A stretch of DNA of 56,969 bases from an uncultured virus (IMG/VR IMGVR_UViG_2061766007_000461) (lineage: Duplodnaviria > Heunggongvirae > Uroviricota > Caudoviricetes), in the IMG/VR virus record IMGVR_UViG_2061766007_000461. One strand, written 5' to 3'. The position numbers and the translations under genes are program-made. The stretch's first letter is position 1, and each line of letters opens with the position of its first letter. The notes beneath the pieces were generated by a model, which was not told where the DNA came from, did not search any database, and saw nothing but the letters and a program-made list of their open reading frames with translations. This document shows positions 9,378 to 18,704 of this stretch, piece by piece.

Positions 9378-10154
9378 ATGGCACTTACTGATGAAGGAAC
9401 CAACACTACGATGCTGGTTCAGCCTTCCGGCTTCGGCGGGAATGGCGGTATGTTTGGAGACGGAAATGGCTGGTGGATTCTGCTTCTGTTCATTCTGATG
9501 GGCGGCTGGNNNNNNNNNNNNNNNNNNNNNNNNNNNNNNNNNNNNNNNNNNNNNNNNCAGCGGTTTTCGGGATCAGATGCTTGGTACGCAGATTGGCGGC
9601 ATCCAGAACAGCATTACAAGCGGGTTCGGTGACGTTGCGACTTCCCTTTGCGGCGGCTTCGCTGGCGTGAACGCTTCCATCGTTGGAGCGCAGAACGCTC
9701 TGACCCAGCAGATGTATTCCAACCAGCTTGCTGATCTTGAGCGGAGCTTTGCGGCGCAGACTGCGAGTACAGCCGGAATGACCGGGCTTCAGGCTCAACT
9801 GGCGAATTGCTGTTGCGAAAACAGGGCGGCAACGGCTGACCTGAAATACACTGTCGCAACGGAAGCCTGTGCTGACCGGGCGGCTATCGCTTCCGCTCTN
9901 NNNNNNNNNNNNNNNNGAACCAGACCCAGACGATTCTGGACAAGATGTGCCAGCAGGAGATTGACGCTTTGAAGTCACAGAATATTGCTTTGCAGAATCA
10001 GGTGAATATGCAGGCTCTGGCGGCTTCTCAGGCGGCTCAGACTGCGGCACTGGTTGCTGACAACACGATGCAGACTCAGTATATCGTCAACCGGGTGGCT
10101 CCGTATCCGGTTCCGGCTTATACGGTTACCAACCCGACTGCCCCTGCGGCGTAA
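9378..10154 (+). CDS. Membrane-anchored coiled-coil protein with CCC motif (one gene broken by two gaps)
   Basis: GNGWWILLLFILMGGW TM, QLANCCCENR, ILDKMCQQEI..coiled coil, PYPVPAYTVTNP end. Confidence 0.75.
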
Positions 10155-10166
10155 GGCGGTGAGCGT

Positions 10167-10489
10167 ATGAAGGAACTGTATGAGCTGAAGGAACGGCTGA
10201 TTGATGAGCTGAAGGACTACGGTAAGAAAGACCTTTCCGGCAGTGCGCTGGAAACGATTGACACGCTGGCTCACGCCACCAAGAATCTGTGCAAAATCAT
10301 TGAGGATTCTGAAGCGGATGGAAACAGCGGATATTACCCGTATGACCGCAACCGTGGATCGTATAGGCGTGACAGCATGGGGAGATACTCCGGCAACGGC
10401 TATNNNNNNNNNNNNNNCGGGAACTGATGGAAGAAGCTCCGGACGATTCTACCCGGATGGAGATCAAGCGGCTGATTGACAAGATGTAA
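10167..10489 (+). CDS. Hypothetical (cluster gene 5; gapped)
   Basis: MKELYELKERL...RRDSMGRYS [gap] RELMEEAPDDSTRMEIKRLIDKM. Confidence 0.7.
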
Positions 10490-10503
10490 TTGGAGGGATA
10501 GCC

Positions 10504-10830
10504 GTGATTACAGAACGTGATCTGGATGCGGCTATAGCCGAATGCCAAGGCAAGCGGAATCCTGATGCGAGTGTATGTATCAAGCTGGCGGCGTTCCTGA
10601 CGATCAAGCGTGAACTGTTCGGGGAAGGAAAGGAAGCCGGACAACCGCAATATTCATTCGCTTCCGCACCGAATCGGAACCTGATTGAGATTGACAGCGA
10701 TTCAGAGTTTGCGAAAGCAATTGAAGGACGGGAACAGCGTGATGTTATGCCTGTTCTGGATGAGCTGATGGATACGCTGAGTTTTATTCAGCCAAGATTG
10801 TACAGCGCAGTGATGAATAAGCTTGCCTGA
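10504..10830 (+). CDS. Hypothetical (cluster gene 6)
   Basis: MITERDLDAAIAEC...DELMDTL..IQPRLYSAVM. Confidence 0.7.
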   Translation: MITERDLDAAIAECQGKRNPDASVCIKLAAFLTIKRELFGEGKEAGQPQYSFASAPNRNLIEIDSDSEFAKAIEGREQRDVMPVLDELMDTLSFIQPRLYSAVMNKLA

Positions 10831-10833
10831 AGC

Positions 10834-10859
10834 GGGGAGGGGTTGCCCTCCCCTTTTTT
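10834..10859 (+). terminator. Rho-independent terminator
   Basis: GGGGAGGG-gttg-CCCTCCCC + T-run. Confidence 0.75.
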
Positions 10860-11103
10860 GACCCCCAAATGACCCCCAAGTTTTTCTTTTTGTTCGCTTT
10901 TTTTCTCCGGCGAAACGGCATACAAAAACGGGCTGATTATTGATTTTCCGGGGCTTCCGGCGTTCAATANNNNNNNNNNNNNNNNNNNNNNNNNNNNNNN
11001 NNNNNNNNNNNNNNNNNNNNNNNNNTAAGTAGGCTCAAACCGTTGATTCTTCAGTGGTTTCAGGCTGTCCGTTTTCGGCCCGACCCCCGGATTGACCCCC
11101 AAA
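10859..11103. other. Probable attP with arm-type integrase sites
   Basis: Tandem GACCCCC pairs at 10859-10880 and 11081-11103 flanking a gap, at the 3' end of the integrase. Confidence 0.55.
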
Positions 11104-12231
11104 CAGCTTTTTTTCCAGCTTTTTTCGCTCTGAATCTGAGCGGTCATCCGAAACGGAATCATATACCCGGAGAATCATCTGAGTATCGGCGTGCCCCATC
11201 CAGCGGCGTGCTGTATTGAGTTCTACGCCAGCATCTCTAAGCCAAGCACAGTAAGCGTGCCTGAGCATATAGGGCGTGATATAAAATTCAATCCAATCCG
11301 GCAGTTTTCCTTTGTCCTCAAGAATTTTCCTATGCTCAACTGATCGCCCGTACCACAGCTTCCGCATTCCGTTGATAGCTGTCTCCATAGCGAAAAGGTA
11401 GCTTTTCCAAAGAGAATGCCAGCTTTCAACTGAGATTCGCTTGCCCCGTGCTGAAAGGACAATATACCCGTGCTTTCCAAGCAAGACTTCTCTGAGCGGC
11501 GGGAACAGGGGGATTTGACGCTTTGACCATTCGGTCTTCATCTCCGTTGTGAACTCATACTGGCTTCCGTTGATATGCGCTGTTTCCTGAACGGTGATGA
11601 TGTTCTTTTCAAAATCCACATCCCGGTCAACGTTGAATGCCTTGACTTCCTGCGGCCTGAGTCCTGCGTACAGCATCGTCATGACAGCCGGATATGCTTT
11701 GTGGTCACGGCAGAGCGTTTCAACCCAGACACGCTGTTGCGGGGAAAGTGTTCTCACCTGAACCTTTTTCCCTTTGTGCGGCTTTGCTGTCTTGTCTCTT
11801 GCAGGATTGGATCGGCAGTACCCGTCCGCAACGGCTGAATCAAACAGGTTGCAGAAAAGCTGTTTTGCTTCCAGAATGTAGGAATTGGACAGCCCTTTGT
11901 AATGCGCTGTGTAAACGGCTTTAATATCTGATGGCGTGACTTCCGTGAGCTGTTTTCCTCCGACTGCGTCCACAATGTGCTGAAGGTGGATCGTTCGCTG
12001 ATTGTACGTTGATTTGGCGATATCCGGGTACGTTCTTTCAATCCAAGGCAATGCGTAGTCCGCTACGGTTGCCCGTTTGATCAGTCCGGTTTGAAGTTGA
12101 CGGATATATTCATCACGCTGGGCGTAAGCATCATCGGAAGAAATGGTTGAGTAGAACTCCTTTCCCTTGTAGCGCACTCTGTATCGCCCGTCAGGACGTT
12201 TTTTGACTTGCGGCTTCTTCTGGCGTGGCAT
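11035..12231 (-). CDS. int: Tyrosine integrase (phage A)
   Basis: YAGLRPQE, MKT, PYMLRH, WMGH, RVY catalytic motifs; N-term arm-binding KRPDGRY. Confidence 0.95.
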   Translation of the reverse strand: MPRQKKPQVKKRPDGRYRVRYKGKEFYSTISSDDAYAQRDEYIRQLQTGLIKRATVADYALPWIERTYPDIAKSTYNQRTIHLQHIVDAVGGKQLTEVTPSDIKAVYTAHYKGLSNSYILEAKQLFCNLFDSAVADGYCRSNPARDKTAKPHKGKKVQVRTLSPQQRVWVETLCRDHKAYPAVMTMLYAGLRPQEVKAFNVDRDVDFEKNIITVQETAHINGSQYEFTTEMKTEWSKRQIPLFPPLREVLLGKHGYIVLSARGKRISVESWHSLWKSYLFAMETAINGMRKLWYGRSVEHRKILEDKGKLPDWIEFYITPYMLRHAYCAWLRDAGVELNTARRWMGHADTQMILRVYDSVSDDRSDSERKKLEKKLFGGQSGGRAENGQPETTEESTV

Positions 12232-12240
12232 ATTATCACC

Positions 12241-12702
12241 TTACTTGAATCCAAGGTCAGGCTTTCCGGAATACGGGGTGAAGACAGCTGGCCCATTCCA
12301 AGGGTTGATGTAAATATAGTCCCCGTCCTTCACATCAATGGTATATTCGGCTGGAGCAGTTTCTTCACGTGTTTCGGAAGCGATTATGACATCAACCCAG
12401 CGTTTCATGATGTTTATTTTCTGACCGCTACTGTCAAGCTCGCCAACCTGAATGTAGGTTGTCTTGTCCGGAAGGGCTTTCACAGTCCATTTCCCGGATG
12501 GGATATCCTCACCAACTTTCCAAATGCCTTGCGGTACAGTGACTTCCTGCCATTCCTTGCTATTCCAAATCGCAAGGTTGAGCTGATCCCGGAGGGCTAC
12601 AAGCTCTTCAAATGTCATTTCGGACAGATCGACAGCGGAAGCGGAGAGAACCAGCGTGAGCGTAATCAGTGCGGACAGGATAAAAGCAACCAGACGATTC
12701 AC
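12241..12702 (-). CDS. Secreted/membrane protein, possible superinfection exclusion
   Basis: GTG start after GAAGGGGG; signal peptide NRLVAFILSALITLTLVLSASA; G.WKVGEDIPSG.W motif; lies between repressor and int. Confidence 0.6.
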   Translation of the reverse strand: MNRLVAFILSALITLTLVLSASAVDLSEMTFEELVALRDQLNLAIWNSKEWQEVTVPQGIWKVGEDIPSGKWTVKALPDKTTYIQVGELDSSGQKINIMKRWVDVIIASETREETAPAEYTIDVKDGDYIYINPWNGPAVFTPYSGKPDLGFK

Positions 12703-12721
12703 AAAAAATTCCCCCTTCTCA

Positions 12722-12838
12722 GAATGGTGGTAATTCCAAGCTCTGACGCAATAACCCACGTCTCGCATTTCAAATGGGTAAATATCCATCCGGGGGCTAT
12801 CGCACGTAATAGGTGCCTTTTACGCACAAATAGGCATA
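12722..12838 (-). repeat. Dispersed non-coding element, copy c
   Basis: rc: ctatttgtgcgtaaaaggcacctattacgtgcgatagcccccggatggatatttacccatttgaaatgcgagacgtgggt..., colinear with 50543-50660. Confidence 0.8.
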
Positions 12839-12861
12839 TCCGCAAAATTCATCCTGAAAGC

Positions 12862-13010
12862 CGGAACAAGAGACAGCAAACGAAAGCAAACTGAAACAAA
12901 ATGAAGCAAAACCGAACAAACGGAACAAACCAAAACGAATAAGAAGAAGAATAATACAAAGAATAAGAAAAAGAAGAATAGTAAAGAGAGAGAAGTAAGA
13001 GAGAGAAGTG
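12862..13010 (+). repeat. Origin-like ~10-bp iterons plus purine-rich tract
   Basis: agcaaacgaa/agcaaactga/aacaaaatga/agcaaaaccg/aacaaacgga; same family as repeats at 26376-26430. Confidence 0.6.
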
Positions 13011-13033
13011 CTGGCACACTTCCTTCCTCCCCT

Positions 13034-13693
13034 CTACTCTTCATAACCATCCATGAAGGAACCGAAATCAGCGAGCGGTGAGGAATCCTTCTGAACAAGG
13101 ATGGACTGATAGTTGACGAAATTTTCGATATAATCCGCAAACTGCGCTTTGACCGTTCTGTTCATATCAGCCGGAATATTCACGCCCGGAATCTTTCTCA
13201 TGATGTTCATGCATCGTTCGTAACAGCCCGTAACACTTCCAACGGCTTCAACAGTCAACGGGGTTCCGGATTCCTGTATAGCGTTGATCAGCGCACGGGG
13301 GCAGAGAAGATGGCAGGAAAAGCACTGTGCTTCCGCTTCCCGGACTTCGTAAGGAAGGGAACCGTCATGACCAAGGATGATATGCCCAAGCTCACGGGCA
13401 AGGGAACGTTGAAGCATATAGAATGGCAGACGCTGATTATACGCAACAAGATAGCGGAGCTTCCCATCATCAATTTCTACGGATGTAACTGCGTCTTGAT
13501 GTTCAAGCCCGAACAGCGTGACAAGATTGTTCCGTTCAATCCCAATTTTCTCTGACATTTCAGCGAATGAAAGCACCAGAACTCCGGGCGTTCGCTTGAA
13601 GATCGGCAGAGGAATAACAGGAGCAGTATTTATTCCATATTTTATGAGGGTTTCGGTGGCCTTGATTGCGGCACGTTCATAATCAGGTGTCAT
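13034..13693 (-). CDS. ImmA/IrrE-family metallopeptidase-like protein (RExxH variant)
   Basis: YNQR...RSLARELGHIILGH...EAEAQCFSCHLLCP; adjacent to repressor. Confidence 0.8.
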   Translation of the reverse strand: MTPDYERAAIKATETLIKYGINTAPVIPLPIFKRTPGVLVLSFAEMSEKIGIERNNLVTLFGLEHQDAVTSVEIDDGKLRYLVAYNQRLPFYMLQRSLARELGHIILGHDGSLPYEVREAEAQCFSCHLLCPRALINAIQESGTPLTVEAVGSVTGCYERCMNIMRKIPGVNIPADMNRTVKAQFADYIENFVNYQSILVQKDSSPLADFGSFMDGYEE

Positions 13694-14093
13694 CGGTTCC
13701 TTCTCCTTTGGTGAATAAATCAGCATATTGCGGGGAAAACATGGCTTTCACAACCGCCAAAGCCTGTTCCCGTTGCGCTTTCGGAAGCTTGTCAATGGCT
13801 GACGAAAGGATTTTGGCTTCAGGGGTTTTCGGTTGCGATGCGTTCAGCTTGATCAGAAGCTGTTGCTTGATAAGCTCTGTCTCAGTGTACTGCTTCCCGC
13901 CCGGATTATCTGAAAAGTAATCCAGCGGGATGGAAAATTCCTTTGCGATTGAAATAAGCCGTTCTGTATCTGGTCTGGTTGTTCCTTTTTCCCATTGGCT
14001 TACTGCGGCGGGAGTAACAAAAAGCCGTTTGGCAAAATCTGTTTGGGTCAGACCTTGAGATTTGCGAAGCATCTTTATTTTATCCCCCAGCAT
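13683..14093 (-). CDS. XRE-family repressor (CI/ImmR-like, phage A)
   Basis: IKMLRKSQGLTQTDFAKRLFVTPAAVSQWEKGTTRP; divergent from cro. Confidence 0.9.
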   Translation of the reverse strand: MLGDKIKMLRKSQGLTQTDFAKRLFVTPAAVSQWEKGTTRPDTERLISIAKEFSIPLDYFSDNPGGKQYTETELIKQQLLIKLNASQPKTPEAKILSSAIDKLPKAQREQALAVVKAMFSPQYADLFTKGEGTDDT

Positions 14094-14111
14094 GAAATTC
14101 ACCTCCTGATT

Positions 14112-14217
14112 CAATTTTAATAGTTCCGCTATAAAATTGCAAGTACAAAAAATTTTTTAAGAAACGCTTGACTTTTCGGTAAAGAGCCGCTATGATTAAG
14201 GAGTGCTTAATAAGCAC
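14112..14217 (+). promoter_or_regulatory. Lytic promoter and operators, phage A
   Basis: TTGACT(14168)-17bp-TATGAT(14191); palindrome GTGCTTA-A-TAAGCAC 14203-14217; imperfect IR aattttaatag..ctataaaatt. Confidence 0.75.
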
Positions 14218-14243
14218 AGCTTAATTCAAGGGGAGGTGAAAAG

Positions 14244-14444
14244 ATGAGGGAGAAAATCCGGGAAGCAAGGAAAGCCGCAGGAATAACTCAGACGGAGCTT
14301 GCCGCAAAGCTTGGCGTGACAAGCGGGGCTGTAAGCCAGTGGGAGAAGGGTTTGACCCGTCCGGAGATTGGAAAGCTGAAACAGCTTGCTGATGTGCTGA
14401 AGATCACTGTGGACGATTTGCTGACGGAAGGGAGTGCCGGGTGA
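14244..14444 (+). CDS. Cro-like XRE regulator
   Basis: 66-aa HTH GITQTELAAKLGVTSGAVSQWEKG. Confidence 0.9.
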   Translation: MREKIREARKAAGITQTELAAKLGVTSGAVSQWEKGLTRPEIGKLKQLADVLKITVDDLLTEGSAG

Positions 14445-14686
14445 TGGAGCGGCTGGTCACGGTGAAAGATATTAGGGAGCGGTACGGTTGTAGTAGCCCA
14501 ACAGCCCGGAAGTATCTGCGGCAGTGCGCTCCTCACATGGAAGACCCGCTGGTTGCCCCGGCGTGGGCTGTAAGGGAATGGGAAGCCAGCCGGACAGTGA
14601 TTCCAGCCGGGATCAGCCGCAGACGGGAACGGGAACTCAGGGAAAGGATGAACCAAGGCCGGGTGATTGTTCCAAAGAGGAGGTGA
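14441..14686 (+). CDS. Excisionase-like HTH protein
   Basis: LVTVKDIRERYGCSSPTARKYL; homologue at 21045. Confidence 0.6.
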   Translation: MMERLVTVKDIRERYGCSSPTARKYLRQCAPHMEDPLVAPAWAVREWEASRTVIPAGISRRRERELRERMNQGRVIVPKRR

Positions 14687-14691
14687 GAAGG

Positions 14692-14979
14692 ATGGAACAG
14701 ATTGCGGATGCGCCGTGGATCAGGGATGCGGAAATGTATGGCCCACCACCATATGATGATGATGAACCATTTCCGGCTGATGCGATCAATGACAACATTG
14801 GGGAAGCTGATGCGATGATCGGGAAAGCGATTGAGTACCTATGCGAAGCAAGCAAAAAGGTTGAGTACGGAGCTGAGTTCTATAAAGACCTGATTGACAG
14901 CCTGATATCAGTGCTGGATAACTGGCGGGATGAAGCCGGGGAGACGATGGAACAGATTGAGAAAGGGGAATGGGACTGA
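14692..14979 (+). CDS. Hypothetical protein
   Basis: DAPWIRDAEMYGPPPYDDD motif shared with 21577..21783. Confidence 0.65.
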   Translation: MEQIADAPWIRDAEMYGPPPYDDDEPFPADAINDNIGEADAMIGKAIEYLCEASKKVEYGAEFYKDLIDSLISVLDNWRDEAGETMEQIEKGEWD

Positions 14980-15341
14980 TGAAATACCAGATCGAAACAG
15001 AAGCTGATTGGAAGTGGGCGAAAGAAACGTACGCCAAGGCGTTTGAATCCACGCTTTCGGCAAGCNNNNNNNNNNNNNNNNNNNNNNNNATTGGATTGCG
15101 GGAAGCGGCTCAACAGGCCGGGGACGGGGTTCTGGCTGACAAGTTTCTGAGCCATGCGGCACAGCTGGAGCAGGCGCACAATGCGCTGGTAGCGGATTAC
15201 AAAGAGATTGAGAACAAGAACACAGACCTGTATCTGAGCATCTATGTTTACGAAAGGAGCAAGGAAGATGGCAAGGACAAGCCGATGGATTCAAACTCCG
15301 GCAGTGAAGAAGACAGCCGGAACACGGGTGACGCTGATTGA
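14979..15341 (+). CDS. Hypothetical protein (gapped)
   Basis: ORF track; coupled start. Confidence 0.45.
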   Translation: MKYQIETEADWKWAKETYAKAFESTLSASXXXXXXXXIGLREAAQQAGDGVLADKFLSHAAQLEQAHNALVADYKEIENKNTDLYLSIYVYERSKEDGKDKPMDSNSGSEEDSRNTGDAD

Positions 15342-15533
15342 GCGGATATCCCGCTGGAATTACGAACGGAAGCACCCGATACCCAGACTGATGGTGGTTA
15401 ACTTCAATCAGCCAGTATATCCGGGAAAATAAAAAGCCCGGCAAGGCGTTTGGAACCTTACCGGGAGAAAGTTTTGAGGGCTATTCAAAACCTACGCCCT
15501 CATTATAGCAGAAAACGAATGGAGGGTCAAGCA

Positions 15534-15758
15534 ATGTCACGGGAAGAAGCGGAAAAAAAAGTAGCGGAAAATCTGGAAGAGATTCTCAAGGTAGTGAAAG
15601 ATTATATGCCGGGTGTTGGCGGTTCCGGGCTGTGCATTGGTGTTAACACAGATGGGTATTGGGCGTTTGAGCTTGAGAAAAATAAGAAAAACGNNNNNNN
15701 NNNNNNNNNNNNNNNNNNNNNNNNGAGAAAGGAAGCTGAAAACAATGGAAAGCAATAA
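15534..15758 (+). CDS. Hypothetical protein (gapped)
   Basis: RBS GGAGGG, MSREEAEKK... Confidence 0.5.
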   Translation: MSREEAEKKVAENLEEILKVVKDYMPGVGGSGLCIGVNTDGYWAFELEKNKKNXXXXXXXXXXXRKEAENNGKQ

Positions 15759-16395
15759 TTATTTCGTTGAGCTGTTCAATGTGAACGTTTCGGACAAGAT
15801 TGAGAAGAAGAACGGCCTGAGTTATGTGAGCTGGCCTTACGCATGGGCAGAAGTCAAGAAGCGGTTCCCGGATGCGACTTACCGCATCTATGAGAACGCA
15901 AACGGCTGGGNNNNNNNNNNNNNNNNNACCTGCTGGGTGAAGACGGGATTGACTGTGAACGGGATTGAGCATATTGAGATGCTCCCCGTGATGGATTTCA
16001 AAAACAGAAGCATTCCGGCTGATGCTGTTACCAGCACTGATGTGAACAAGGCTATCCAGCGGAGCCTGACGAAAGCGGCGGCACGTCACGGCATCGGGCT
16101 GTACGTATATGCCGGGGAAGACCTGCCGGAATGTGAAGCGGAGAAGAAGGAAGAAAAGCCGGAACAGAAGGAAACGCAGACTCAGGCGTATCTCCGCAAG
16201 AATATTCCGCTGATGATGAAGGCTTTCGGGGTGACGGAAGAGATCAAGATGAAGAAATATATCGCAGAGTGGAAAAAGGCTTTGATTGCTGGCGGGATCA
16301 TTCCGGATGTGAAGTTTGATGATATGACGGTGGCACAGGCTGAAGAGCTTGTCAACGCCATTTACGCCAATTACAAGCCGGGGGATGCGGCATGA
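15745..16395 (+). CDS. Sak3/DUF1071-like single-strand annealing protein
   Basis: EKKNGLSYVSWPYAW...LPVMDFKN...DVNKAIQRSLTKAAARHGIGLYVYAGEDLP. Confidence 0.85.
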   Translation: MESNNYFVELFNVNVSDKIEKKNGLSYVSWPYAWAEVKKRFPDATYRIYENANGWXXXXXXTCWVKTGLTVNGIEHIEMLPVMDFKNRSIPADAVTSTDVNKAIQRSLTKAAARHGIGLYVYAGEDLPECEAEKKEEKPEQKETQTQAYLRKNIPLMMKAFGVTEEIKMKKYIAEWKKALIAGGIIPDVKFDDMTVAQAEELVNAIYANYKPGDAA

Positions 16396-16931
16396 TCGGG
16401 CGGCTGAAAGAGCTGACGCTGAACCGTGACGGGACGCAAAACATCACCGTCACGGTGACAGCGGACTTGGCTGAAGTTTTCGATGAGCTGAAGGGAAAGG
16501 ATATTGACCTTGAGATCAAGCGGGTAAGCAAGAAGCGGAGCTTGGACGCAAATGCGTACTGCTGGGTTCTCATAGACAAGATAGCAGAGCGGACAGGAAT
16601 CAAGAAAACAGAGGTTTACCGCAACGCTATCCGGGAAATTGGTGGAGTAAGCACTACGGTTTGCGTGTTGGATCAGGCGGTTGAGAAGCTCCGGGAAGGA
16701 TGGCAGAAGAATGGAATTGGCTGGCAGACGGAGACGATCAAAAGTAAGGTTCCGGGCTGTACAAACGTGATTCTGTACTACGGTTCCTCCGCTTACGACA
16801 GCCGCCAGATGAGCCAGCTGATTGATTCCTTGATTCAGGACGCTGAAGCGTTGGGAATACCAACAATAACTGAGGAACAGGCTCAGAGGATGCTTGGAAA
16901 GTGGACAGAGAAACGAAAGGAAGAGGGCTGA
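16392..16931 (+). CDS. NinB-like recombination protein
   Basis: KRSLDANAYCWVLIDKIA...GSSAYDSRQMSQLIDSLIQDAEALGI. Confidence 0.75.
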   Translation: MIGRLKELTLNRDGTQNITVTVTADLAEVFDELKGKDIDLEIKRVSKKRSLDANAYCWVLIDKIAERTGIKKTEVYRNAIREIGGVSTTVCVLDQAVEKLREGWQKNGIGWQTETIKSKVPGCTNVILYYGSSAYDSRQMSQLIDSLIQDAEALGIPTITEEQAQRMLGKWTEKRKEEG

Positions 16932-16933
16932 AC

Positions 16934-17733
16934 ATGGAACTGAAGGTTGAGAAAATCACTCCGGCAATCGCTGTTCAATACCTGAAAGCGAATAAGGATA
17001 ACTACCGCAAGATCAACCGGGGGACGGTGAACCGTTACGCTGAAGATATGAAAGCCGGGAAGTGGGAGCTGAACGGTGAAGCAATCATTTTCGGGGCGAA
17101 CGGAATCTTGAAGAACGGTCAGCACAGGTTAGCGGCTATCGCTCTGGCGGGGATTCCGGTGATGATGACCGTGATTCGGGGCGTTGAGGATGATGTGCGG
17201 ATTTTCGATGTAGGCGGGAATCGGACGGTGAACCAGATCGCCAGCGCAAACGATGTTGCTGTGAGCAAGTCCTTGGCGGCGGCGGCAAGCATTATCGTGA
17301 ACAATTTCGGACAGCAGATCAAGGGGAAGACGGTTGATTACGTCCGGAATAACGTTTCTGAACTGAGCCGGGCAGAGCGGATCAGCGGCGTGAAAAACGG
17401 CGGGTTCAAGAAAGCGTCNNNNNNNNNNNNNNNNNNNGGAACGGTGTCATGCCAAGCTATGAAGCGGAACTGTTCATGAAGGTTTTCCAGAGCGGAGAAA
17501 CCTTTGGAACAGACGGGTATGAAACATCCAGCGCATTGGTAGCCAGACGGATGTTTGAACAGCGGAGGAAAGAGATCAGCCAGAGGGCGCAAAAGGAACA
17601 GCTGGACATACTTTGTCAGGCGATGACGGACTTTCACGAAGGGAAAAACCGGGTTCAGGCTTACAAGGTATCGGAGCCGTTCAGCTTTGAGCCGCTGATG
17701 AAGGAAATTTGGAAAAAGGATGGACTGAGATGA
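16934..17733 (+). CDS. ParB-like N-terminal domain protein (gapped)
   Basis: ITP..A..YL..N..NYR...YAEDM..GKW..NGEAI.F...G.L.NGQHRL.AI. Confidence 0.7.
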
Positions 17734-17999
17734 AGAAGAGCATCATGCAGGACGAAAAGCGGTGCTTCATAACCGGAAGCCGGGAAAGATTGGATATGCA
17801 CCATTGTTTCCACGGATGCCGCAGGAAAGCGGCTGACAAATACGGGTGCTGGGTCTGGATCCGGAGAGATATTCACCGGGAACTGCATGACCGGAATAAG
17901 GAGCTTGACAGAATGATCCAGAGAGCCTGTCAGGAGCGGTTTGAAGAGATTTACAGCCATGAGGAGTTCATGGAGATTTTCGGAAAGAGCTATTTGTAA
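17730..17999 (+). CDS. Small HNH/Zn-finger nuclease-like protein
   Basis: SIMQ...CFITG...LDMHHCFHG..R..ADKYG..VW....H..LH...FGKSYL; homologue at 25511. Confidence 0.7.
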   Translation: MKKSIMQDEKRCFITGSRERLDMHHCFHGCRRKAADKYGCWVWIRRDIHRELHDRNKELDRMIQRACQERFEEIYSHEEFMEIFGKSYL

Positions 18000-18012
18000 G
18001 GAGGGCTGTTCA

Positions 18013-18252
18013 GTGTTTGAGGGAGCTTACCCGCCCGGAGTAACTGGAAAAATGGTTGATCAGGCTTTCGGAACGGATATCAACGTTGAAGAGGGCTGTT
18101 GGAATTGCATCCACTATGACGGAACATGGTGCGCCTGCACGAAAGAGTGGAACAACATGGATGAAAGCAACTACGTTTCAGAAAGGGACGATGTAGAGGA
18201 AGACGGTTGGTGCTCTGATTGGGAGCTGGATGAAGGAAGCTTGGAGGAATGA
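18013..18252 (+). CDS. Cys-rich hypothetical protein
   Basis: YPPGVT...CWNCIHY...C...WCSDWE. Confidence 0.5.
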   Translation: MFEGAYPPGVTGKMVDQAFGTDINVEEGCWNCIHYDGTWCACTKEWNNMDESNYVSERDDVEEDGWCSDWELDEGSLEE

Positions 18253-18255
18253 GCG

Positions 18256-18465
18256 ATGACGCAGAGTGAGCGGATTTTGAAATATATGGATGATTTCGGC
18301 AGTATCTCCCCGATGGAAGCGTTCAAAGACCTTGGGATTACCAAGCTTGCCACCCGGATCAGTGAAATGATCCGGGGCGGGGAGCGAATAGAAAAGCGTA
18401 TGGAGTACCAGATCAACCGCTACGGCGAAAAGGTTGGATTCATGCGGTACTCAAGGGGGTCGTGA
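18256..18465 (+). CDS. Winged-HTH protein
   Basis: TQSERILKYM..FGSISPMEAF..LGITKLATRISEM. Confidence 0.75.
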   Translation: MTQSERILKYMDDFGSISPMEAFKDLGITKLATRISEMIRGGERIEKRMEYQINRYGEKVGFMRYSRGS

Positions 18466-18467
18466 TT

Positions 18468-18693
18468 ATGGGAAAGGGGTATGTGCCAGTGTTCCACGAT
18501 TGGCTGGAAGTAACGGAAGAACTGAACGCTGAAGAGAAAGGACGGTTGATTGATGCCATCGTGCTGTACGCACGGGGGGACGATTATTCAGGCCGGATTC
18601 AGGGTAATGAGCGGTTCCTGTTCCCGGCGTTCAAACAGCAGATTGACCGCAGTGCGGAGATATCGGAAGCCCGTTCAAAGGCTGGTGGAACCC
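18468..18693 (+). CDS. Replication initiator N-terminus (DUF6291-like), truncated by gap
   Basis: HDWLE..EEL..EEKGRLIDAI..YA...RFLFPAFKQQIDR...ARSKAGG. Confidence 0.75.
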
Positions 18694-18704
18694 GNNNNNN
18701 NNNN

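Noticed and set aside
12241..12789. ORF-track start at 12789 for the membrane protein
   Set aside because: The extension is dispersed repeat copy c; RBS and signal peptide support GTG at 12702
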